This document shows, piece by piece, positions 30,403 through 37,280 of a stretch of DNA of 37,280 bases. The DNA is from Actinomycetota bacterium (GTDB taxonomy: Bacteria > Actinomycetota > Actinomycetes > Actinomycetales > Microbacteriaceae), in the NCBI GenBank assembly GCA_039795835.1, contig JBDKLA010000002.1, positions 1 to 37,280 of the forward strand, given 5' to 3'. The translations under genes and the position numbers were made by a program. The notes under the pieces were generated by a model. That model ran no database searches and had not been told where the DNA came from. It saw only the letters and a list, made by a program, of their open reading frames with translations. The number at the start of each line of letters is the position of its first letter. Positions within the stretch are counted from its first letter, which is position 1.

Positions 30403-32484
30403 CTAAGCGTCGATTTTGTCGGTGTCGAACGCGTCGGCCGAGTCAATGATGAAATCACGTCTTGGGGCAACGTCATTTCCCATCAGGAGTTCGAACACCT
30501 TCTCGGCGGCCTGGGCGTCTTCAACCCGCACACGGCGAAGAGTACGTCGCTCACGATCCATGGTGGTCTCTGCCAACTGATCGGCATCCATCTCACCAAG
30601 ACCCTTGTAGCGCTGAATTGGCTCTTGGTAACGCTTTCCCTGCGATGCCAACTTGGCTAGAACTGCCTCGAGTTCGGCCTGCGAATAGGTGTAGAGGGTT
30701 TCATTGGCCTTTGAGCCAGGGTTAATGACCACAACGCGATGTAGCGGTGGAACGGCCGCAAAAACTCGCCCAGCCTCAACCAGCGGCTTCATGTAGCGGA
30801 AGAAAAGGGTTAGCAGCAGCGTGCGAATGTGAGCACCATCGACATCTGCATCGCTCATGAGGATTACCTTGCCGTAGCGGGCCGCCTCAAGCTCGAAGCT
30901 ACGACCGGAACCCGCACCGATGACCTGAATGATTGATGCGCACTCGGCGTTTGAAAGCATGTCGGAAACCGAGGCCTTCTGCACATTGAGGATCTTTCCT
31001 CGAATTGGAAGGAGAGCCTGGTACTCACTGTTGCGGGCTAGTTTGGCTGTGCCTAGGGCCGAGTCACCCTCAACGATAAAGAGCTCGGAAACGTCGGTTT
31101 CCTGGGTTCTACAGTCCACCAGCTTGGTAGGTAGCGAGGACGACTCGAGCGCATTCTTACGTCGCTGGGTTTCCTTGTGAGTTCTCGCCGAGATTCGAGA
31201 CTTCATTTCAGCAACGATCTTCTCCAGTAGCAGGGCCGACTGTGCCTTGTCGTCTCGCTTGCTGCTGGTTAGGCGTTCGGTTAGTGCCTTTGCCACAACA
31301 TTGGCAACGATGTTTCGAACTGCTGGAGTTCCCAAGATTTCCTTGGTTTGGCCCTCAAACTGTGGTTCGGCCAGTCTCACCGAAACCACTGCTGTGAGTC
31401 CGGCGAGAATGTCTTCCTTCTCCACCTTGTCGTTTCCGAGTTTGAGCTTTCGGGCGTTGGAGTCAATCTGGCCGCGTAGAGCCTTCATGAGACCGGTTTC
31501 GAAACCGGCAACGTGCGTTCCACCCTTAGGTGTGGCAATGATGTTTACGAACGACTTCACCTCGGAGTCGTAACCGGTACCCCAGCGCAAGGCAACCTCA
31601 ACCTGGGCGTTACGTTCCACCTCACGGGAAACCATGTTGCCAGATTCATCGAGAACCGGAACTGTTTCGGTAAAGGCCCCGTCTCCGAGAATGCGCCAGG
31701 TGCTGGTTAGCGGTGTGTCCTTGGCTAGGAACTCGGCAAACTCGGTCAGTCCGCCGTCAAACTTGAACTTGTGCTCAACCGGTTCTGCCTGTCGTTCATC
31801 ACGAACGGAGAGGGCCAAGCCACTAACCAGAAACGCGGTCTGACGGGCACGACCGATCAGGTCGTCTAACTCAAAATTGGCGTCCTTGATGAAAATCTGC
31901 GGGTCGGTCCAGTAGCGAACGCGTGAACCCGTGACGTCCTTGCCAACCTTGCCAACTTCGCGGAGCTTGCTTTCGTCTTCGAACGGGGTGAACGGGTTAT
32001 CGGCCGAGATGCCCTTCGAGTCATCGAAAATTCCAGGCTCTCCCCTGCGGAAAGACATCGCGTAAGTTTTGCCACCGCGGTCAACCTCTACATCAAGACG
32101 AGCCGACAGAGCGTTAACAACCGAGGCACCAACACCGTGAAGACCACCGGATGCAGCATAAGATCCGGAACCGAACTTTCCACCCGCGTGGAGCTTGGTA
32201 AATACAACTTCCACGCCGGTCAAACCAGTTTTTGGCTCGATGTCTACTGGGATACCGCGTGCCTTGTCGCGCACCTCAACCGAGCCGTCCTTGTGAAGGA
32301 TGACATCGATGGTGTTACCGAAGCCGGCCAGCGCTTCATCAACAGAGTTGTCGATAATTTCCCAGAGGCAATGCATCAGGCCTCGAGAGTCGGTAGAACC
32401 GATGTACATTCCCGGACGCTTGCGAACGGCTTCGAGACCCTCTAGGACAGATAAATGGCGGGCTGAGTAGTCGTTGGTTGGCAC
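30403..32484 (-). CDS. parE: DNA topoisomerase IV subunit B
   Basis: LEGLEAVRKRPGMYIGS, EIIDNSVDE, LHAGGKF, VEGDSALG, PIRGKILN, DADVDGAHI, RYKGLGEM; start moved to GTG 32484. Confidence 0.92.
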   Translation of the reverse strand: MPTNDYSARHLSVLEGLEAVRKRPGMYIGSTDSRGLMHCLWEIIDNSVDEALAGFGNTIDVILHKDGSVEVRDKARGIPVDIEPKTGLTGVEVVFTKLHAGGKFGSGSYAASGGLHGVGASVVNALSARLDVEVDRGGKTYAMSFRRGEPGIFDDSKGISADNPFTPFEDESKLREVGKVGKDVTGSRVRYWTDPQIFIKDANFELDDLIGRARQTAFLVSGLALSVRDERQAEPVEHKFKFDGGLTEFAEFLAKDTPLTSTWRILGDGAFTETVPVLDESGNMVSREVERNAQVEVALRWGTGYDSEVKSFVNIIATPKGGTHVAGFETGLMKALRGQIDSNARKLKLGNDKVEKEDILAGLTAVVSVRLAEPQFEGQTKEILGTPAVRNIVANVVAKALTERLTSSKRDDKAQSALLLEKIVAEMKSRISARTHKETQRRKNALESSSLPTKLVDCRTQETDVSELFIVEGDSALGTAKLARNSEYQALLPIRGKILNVQKASVSDMLSNAECASIIQVIGAGSGRSFELEAARYGKVILMSDADVDGAHIRTLLLTLFFRYMKPLVEAGRVFAAVPPLHRVVVINPGSKANETLYTYSQAELEAVLAKLASQGKRYQEPIQRYKGLGEMDADQLAETTMDRERRTLRRVRVEDAQAAEKVFELLMGNDVAPRRDFIIDSADAFDTDKIDA

Positions 32485-32554
32485 AAAGAAGATGCTAGCC
32501 GAGCCGAAGCACTTGCTCCCTGACTGACACACTGCTAAATAGACTGATAAGACC

Positions 32555-33142
32555 ATGAACGATCGAGTGCAGCCAGGGCAACTACGGCGCGAGCTGCGTT
32601 TCTCACGTTCAACAATCTCTCAGAACCTAGAGTCCATCGGCGTTTCCATGGACGAAGTGAAACCTCTACTGGAAGCATTCATGACCACGAACGGCCTCCT
32701 GGGCCTCTACGGCAGCGAACTGCTACTGGCCGAGAAGGCCTTAGGTATCTCAGCGGGGACTCCAGCCGTTGACCTGGTTGGTGAGTTGGTCTCGGTCAAA
32801 CAAGTACCAGCGGGCACGGGTGTGTCTTACGGCTACCTCTCCAGAACCAGTACCGAGACCAATTTGGGGTTAGTCGGAATTGGCTTCTCAGACGGAATTC
32901 CCAGATCGGCAACCAACCAAATCAAACTTTCTATCTCCGGTCAAAGCTATCGGGGCCTTGGACGCATCGCCATGGACCAGTGCATCGTCGATTTGGGTCA
33001 GGATTCGCCAAAACTCGGTGCCGAAGTTTCCTTCTTTAGTCGCGAGTTCAGTCTTAGCGACTGGGCTCGGGCGTCTGGATTTAGCCAGCTCGAAATCCTC
33101 GGTCGAATCACCGATCGAGTTGTTAGAACGTGGTCCGAATGA
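32555..33142 (+). CDS. Alanine racemase C-terminal-domain protein (has catalytic Tyr, lacks PLP barrel)
   Basis: VKQVPAGTGVSYGY, IGFSDGIPR, GRIAMDQCIVD, EILGRITDRVVRTW; no VKADAYGHG motif. Confidence 0.88.
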   Translation: MNDRVQPGQLRRELRFSRSTISQNLESIGVSMDEVKPLLEAFMTTNGLLGLYGSELLLAEKALGISAGTPAVDLVGELVSVKQVPAGTGVSYGYLSRTSTETNLGLVGIGFSDGIPRSATNQIKLSISGQSYRGLGRIAMDQCIVDLGQDSPKLGAEVSFFSREFSLSDWARASGFSQLEILGRITDRVVRTWSE

Positions 33143-34149
33143 CGGTAACCAAACACGTTGACCTTTTGGCCTACAAAGAAAATCTGAAACTCATCGGCGA
33201 GCTGGTGAGCCCAGCAAAGTTGATGGCGGTAATCAAGGCCGATGCCTACGGTCATGGGTTGATCGAAATAGCTCAGGCGGCCGAAGAATTTGGAGTTGAT
33301 TCACTCGGGGTTCTCGACATCGAAACAGGTCTAAAGATTCGAAAAGCCGGGGTCAAGACCCCTGCCTTTGCATGGTTGCACTCTCCAGAAAGCAACTTCA
33401 CCGCGGCAGTAAAGGCTGGCATCGAACTCTCGGTGAGTTCATTGGCAGAACTAAAAAGAATTTCAATCGTCCAGGGCCGCGCAAAAGTTCACCTAAAGAT
33501 TGACACCGGATTGAGCCGTAACGGTTGCCGACCTGAAGACTGGTACGAATTGGTTTCTGAGGCTAGAGCCATTGAAGATTCAGGGTCGATTGACCTGGTG
33601 GCAATCTGGTCGCATCTTTCTGGAACGAGCCAGCAGGACGACGAAACAGCGATTGGCAAATTCGAAGACGCACACAGGATTGCCGTTGAACTTGGTTTCA
33701 AAGGTTACCGTCACATCGCTTCCAGCCCAGCAGCATTCAATCTTCCTAAGAGTAGATACGAACTGGTTCGCATCGGTGTTAGTGCTTTTGGAACATCGCC
33801 TGTAGAGGGAAAGCCAGCCAGTGACTTGGGTCTCAAGATTCCAATGCGATTGACCGCTGAAGTTCTGGCTCCCGAAGTGATTTCCATCGGCTTCCTGCAC
33901 GGCTACTTCAGTCAACTTGCCGGAAAAGCCCAAGTGTCGATTGCTGGCAAGCTTTACCCAGTAAACAAGATTGGACCTCTAGCAAGTTCGATTGGTCCAG
34001 GCGATTACAACCCCGGTGACGAAGTTTTGATTCTTGGCACAGAACCCGACCTTGCCCCCACTGCCGAGGATCTTTGTGAACTGGTTTCAACAGTGACCGA
34101 TGAACTCTTCACCGGACTCAAGCCAAACCTAACTTCGTACTCTGGCTAG
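33139..34149 (+). CDS. Alanine racemase family PLP enzyme with degenerate C-terminal domain
   Basis: AVIKADAYGHG (PLP Lys33), HLKIDTGLSRNG, WSHL, HIASS, VRIG; lacks VSYG and GRxxMD motifs; ATGA overlap with the upstream gene. Confidence 0.9.
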   Translation: MTVTKHVDLLAYKENLKLIGELVSPAKLMAVIKADAYGHGLIEIAQAAEEFGVDSLGVLDIETGLKIRKAGVKTPAFAWLHSPESNFTAAVKAGIELSVSSLAELKRISIVQGRAKVHLKIDTGLSRNGCRPEDWYELVSEARAIEDSGSIDLVAIWSHLSGTSQQDDETAIGKFEDAHRIAVELGFKGYRHIASSPAAFNLPKSRYELVRIGVSAFGTSPVEGKPASDLGLKIPMRLTAEVLAPEVISIGFLHGYFSQLAGKAQVSIAGKLYPVNKIGPLASSIGPGDYNPGDEVLILGTEPDLAPTAEDLCELVSTVTDELFTGLKPNLTSYSG

Positions 34150-34836
34150 AATCGCAGCTCTGGCTTTCTTCGCAAGCCGATCGAACGTATCGGCGGTCTT
34201 TGGCTTCACATACTTCGGGAAAACCCAAGAAAGCAGTCGATCGGCCAGTTGCGGGTTCATGGGCAGAAGTGGTCCCTGTACATTGCTTGCCATGACTTTG
34301 CCGTCCTGGTAGCCGTCTACATAACCAACCAAACCTGCGTTGTCAGAAGAACGAACTATGCCGAGTTCCATACCAGGCGCTCCCCTTACGATCAAACGGT
34401 TTGAGTTCACGAAGCCCGCAAAACTTTCAGATAACCAGACTTCACCAACCAGATAAGAAGCCGCAAACTTGTGCTCGGTATTGGTAAGACCCAAACCTTC
34501 CAGGACCGAGCCATCTGGAAGTTCAAGACTTTTGGAAACGAGATCGAACCCAGCTCCAACCGCTAGAACTTTCAATCCCTGTGCGATCCAGGCATGAATT
34601 TGTAGATCTTTCTTGGCGAGGTCGGCGTGAGCTACCTTGGTAGCCGAAAATGTTCCAGAGCCGATAAAGATCAAATGTGGTCGATTCGCAGGTAGAGACT
34701 CCCCGACCTCTAAGGTGGAAACCTTGACCGAGTAACCGGCCAATTCTGCTCGCAACTTCAGCGCGGCAACGTTGCCCCTTTCGCCGTTGAGACGAAGGGT
34801 TTCTGGATAGAGGTGCAGGATTCTGAACTCAGCCAT
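34129..34836 (-). CDS. gatD: GatD/CobQ-like class I glutamine amidotransferase-fold protein, catalytically degenerate
   Basis: LYPETLRLNGERGN, FIGSG, EGLG, GPLLPMNPQLADRLL; nucleophile site reads AVGAG and His site reads NVQGP. Confidence 0.85.
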   Translation of the reverse strand: MAEFRILHLYPETLRLNGERGNVAALKLRAELAGYSVKVSTLEVGESLPANRPHLIFIGSGTFSATKVAHADLAKKDLQIHAWIAQGLKVLAVGAGFDLVSKSLELPDGSVLEGLGLTNTEHKFAASYLVGEVWLSESFAGFVNSNRLIVRGAPGMELGIVRSSDNAGLVGYVDGYQDGKVMASNVQGPLLPMNPQLADRLLSWVFPKYVKPKTADTFDRLAKKARAAILARVRS

Positions 34837-36085
34837 TGCCACCCTCTAAATCCAACAGACCGAGTTTCTTACGAAGCCACATCATTTGCTCGTAATTCAC
34901 GATGGCGGTTTTCTCAGTTCCTGGAAGTTTCAAGAAATACTCGAGCGCCTCGGACTCGTTCTCGATTAGTTTCATGACTGGAATCCTCTCGAAGGCAAGT
35001 CGAGTGGCCCACTGATATGTCTTGGTGCCAGAAACTACATCAACGCGATCAAGATTCGATAGGTCAATGTCGTAGATCCATGAAGGGTCGGGTGTTCCTT
35101 CGTCGACCGATATCCAAACTCGTTTGGGAACGGTCTCGAGAGCATCTAGATTCGCTTGAAGGCTAGGAAGATTCTTCATCATGATGATTTCGATCTTTTG
35201 ACCCTGATGCTCAATCACTTCTCCGCGTCCGTAAACGGCAGGAAGATCAGAAATAGCTGAACCCGCAACCTTGGCCTGAAACTTAGTTCCGAGAATTTTC
35301 TTGGCCATTCCAATTGCCAAAGCGGCATCAACCGCATAGTGAAGGCCGGGAGCCGGCAAGGTAACCGAGAGCTTGTCACTCTCAATTTTGAGCGTCGCGA
35401 CCCTACCCTTGGCATCTACCAAAGTCACCGAGGAATCAAGGTTGGATTCATCCTTAGTGAAACTTGGCGCTGCCAAAATTCCGTGTTGAGCAGACTTTCG
35501 AGCCTTGTCCGATAGGTAAATTCCCTGAACGTTCAATCTCGAAGAATTCTCACGTCCAAGCCGCTCGGTGTTTGGATCTTCACCGTTAACCACTAGGAAA
35601 TCGGTCGTCAACGCCGCTAGTTCATTCAGGTAAACGTAGACATCTTCAGGTGAATGGAAACGGTTCAACTGATCGAGCTGGATGTTGGTCAGAAGCAATC
35701 CATTAGGTGCAACCTTCGCTGCAATCAACTTGCCATAGGCCTCATCGACTTCGAGAACGGCCACGTCATGTTCTAGCCGTCCCAGGTAGTTCACATCGGC
35801 AAGTAGGGCCGAAGCTAAACCCTGTGGCAGGTTACCGCCAGCTGGGTTAGAAAGAACCTTGAGACCGTGATCTCGCAGAATTTTGACCAGCATGGCTGTG
35901 GTCGTTGATTTCCCATTGGAACCACTCACGAAATAGATGCCGGAAGACATTCGACCGAGCGTTTTCTGCAGAAAACGAGGTTGAATCGCAAGCGCTAGTC
36001 GGCCAGGAACTGCTGAACCACCACCGCGAAGCCTGAGGACAAAGCGGGCAGCCTTGCCAACCAGGACCGCGAGTGGTGTAAGCAT
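34829..36085 (-). CDS. murT: MurT-like Mur ligase (DUF1727 domain)
   Basis: GGSAVPG, P-loop GSNGKSTT, SNPAGGN, LEVDE, DQLNRF, GRGE, MKN, DPSWIYD, NYEQMMWLRK. Confidence 0.88.
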   Translation of the reverse strand: MLTPLAVLVGKAARFVLRLRGGGSAVPGRLALAIQPRFLQKTLGRMSSGIYFVSGSNGKSTTTAMLVKILRDHGLKVLSNPAGGNLPQGLASALLADVNYLGRLEHDVAVLEVDEAYGKLIAAKVAPNGLLLTNIQLDQLNRFHSPEDVYVYLNELAALTTDFLVVNGEDPNTERLGRENSSRLNVQGIYLSDKARKSAQHGILAAPSFTKDESNLDSSVTLVDAKGRVATLKIESDKLSVTLPAPGLHYAVDAALAIGMAKKILGTKFQAKVAGSAISDLPAVYGRGEVIEHQGQKIEIIMMKNLPSLQANLDALETVPKRVWISVDEGTPDPSWIYDIDLSNLDRVDVVSGTKTYQWATRLAFERIPVMKLIENESEALEYFLKLPGTEKTAIVNYEQMMWLRKKLGLLDLEGGNG

Positions 36086-37280
36086 TAGTTGCCGCGGAAC
36101 TCGCTAAGACGCTGAGCGCGGGTTGGGTGCTTCAGCTTAGAAATCGCCTTGTTCTCAATCTGACGAATACGTTCACGAGTAACACCGATCTCCTCACCAA
36201 TCTGGTCAAGAGTCTTCGGGATTCCGTCGATAAGTCCGTAGCGGTGACGAAGAATCGTAGCCTCGCGTTCGCTCATGGTCGAAAGAATTCGCTCAAGTTC
36301 ACGCTTGCGAGCCGCAGCGGTTACCGCCTCGAGTGGGCTAACCGCTTCGGTGTCTTCGATGAGGTCTCCGAACTCGCTGTCGCCATCCTCGCCAAGTGGT
36401 GTGCTGAGCGAGATCGGTTCACGACCGTACTTCTGAACCTCAACGACCTTTTCAGGGGTCATGTCTAGCTCACGGGCTAGTTCCTCTGGGGTCGGTTCGC
36501 GTCCGAGATCCTGAAGCAACTGACGCTGAACACGTGCCAGCTTGTTAATGACTTCAACCATGTGAACTGGGATACGAATGGTTCGAGCCTGGTCTGCCAT
36601 AGCGCGGGTGATGGCCTGACGAATCCACCAGGTGGCATAGGTAGAGAACTTATAACCCTTGGTGTAGTCAAACTTCTCAACCGCACGGATTAGACCGAGG
36701 TTACCTTCTTGAATTAGGTCAAGGAACTGCATTCCACGACCGGTGTAACGCTTTGCTAGTGAAACAACGAGTCGAAGGTTCGCTTCCAGAAGGTGGCTCT
36801 TGGCTCGTTCACCATCCTTGAGTACACGCTTTAGGTCGTAGAGCATTTCCTTGCTGAACTTCGCCTTTGGATCCGCAAGCTTCTGGGCGGCGTAAAGACC
36901 GGCCTCAATGCGCTTGGCAAGTTCAACCTCAAGCTCGGCGTTTAGAAGTGCAACCTTACCAATTTGCTTTAGGTAGTCCTTTACCGGGTCGGCAGTAGCG
37001 CCATTGATTGCCGCGGTTTGAACCGGAATATCATCGACTTCTTTATTACTGAGAACGAATCCACCACCGGCTTCAACGGCCTTCTCTTTTTCTTTGGCGT
37101 CTGGATCGTCGTGGTGCTCGTCGTCCTCGGGGTGCTCATCGATTACTTCGGTGATGTCAACTTCGGCCGATGCTTCTTTGACGATGTCCTCTACGGATAA
37201 GTCTTCGTCTTCTAGATCGTCTTCGTCGTCGCCCTCGGCCATACCCTTAGGTAACTTGGCGGACTTGGTTGCAGTCTTGG
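36085..37280 (-). CDS. rpoD: Primary RNA polymerase sigma factor (HrdB/SigA); 5' end lies beyond the window
   Basis: [69 protein letters not shown]; frame stays open to the window end. Confidence 0.97.
   Translation of the reverse strand, partial: KTATKSAKLPKGMAEGDDEDDLEDEDLSVEDIVKEASAEVDITEVIDEHPEDDEHHDDPDAKEKEKAVEAGGGFVLSNKEVDDIPVQTAAINGATADPVKDYLKQIGKVALLNAELEVELAKRIEAGLYAAQKLADPKAKFSKEMLYDLKRVLKDGERAKSHLLEANLRLVVSLAKRYTGRGMQFLDLIQEGNLGLIRAVEKFDYTKGYKFSTYATWWIRQAITRAMADQARTIRIPVHMVEVINKLARVQRQLLQDLGREPTPEELARELDMTPEKVVEVQKYGREPISLSTPLGEDGDSEFGDLIEDTEAVSPLEAVTAAARKRELERILSTMSEREATILRHRYGLIDGIPKTLDQIGEEIGVTRERIRQIENKAISKLKHPTRAQRLSEFRGN

Noticed and set aside
27976-32484. Calling these genes gyrA and gyrB
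   Set aside because: No GyrA-box, and the location near rpoD and sepH rather than dnaA/recF matches the actinobacterial topoisomerase IV locus.
32555-34149. The two alr-like ORFs as one frameshifted pseudogene
   Set aside because: The domain order is wrong for a broken gene (C-terminal domain protein comes first), each ORF has its own Alr-like N- and C-terminal segments, and they are joined by a clean ATGA overlap.
34129-34836. Cobyric acid synthase (cobQ) assignment
   Set aside because: It is a stand-alone GATase-fold protein coupled to a DUF1727 Mur ligase with no cobalamin genes nearby, which fits GatD.

Overview
A dense, streamlined core-genome segment (about 50-55% GC by eye) of an actinobacterium, most likely Microbacteriaceae and resembling small-genome freshwater lineages; the taxonomy is inferred from gene order and protein similarity. 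It runs secD'-yajC-ruvBAC-yebC-pdxTS-HIT-thrS, then VIT1/mqo/DUF4282, tRNA-Val/Cys/Gly, two tandem ammonium transporters, zapE, sseA-sufE-ribD-like, DUF3000-rnd, dxs, acnA, the dut/sepH cluster, topoisomerase IV A and B, two alanine-racemase-like genes, gatD-murT and the 3' part of the primary sigma factor. I saw no mobile element, integrase or CRISPR array. The main finding is at 32.5-36.1 kb. Two Alr-family proteins carry complementary half active sites: one has the PLP-Lys barrel but no catalytic Tyr, the other has the Tyr domain but no barrel. They converge on a MurT-GatD pair whose GatD has lost its glutaminase residues (Cys->Gly, His->Gln) while MurT keeps its ATP-binding motifs. I hypothesise a module that makes a D-diamino acid and ligates it, instead of ammonia, to the D-Glu alpha-carboxyl, forming the group B peptidoglycan cross-bridge. 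Secondary findings: a His->Glu pore variant in one Amt paralog, GlnR-, IdeR- and SigR/SigH-like sites, many apparently leaderless genes, and a divergent sigma region 4.
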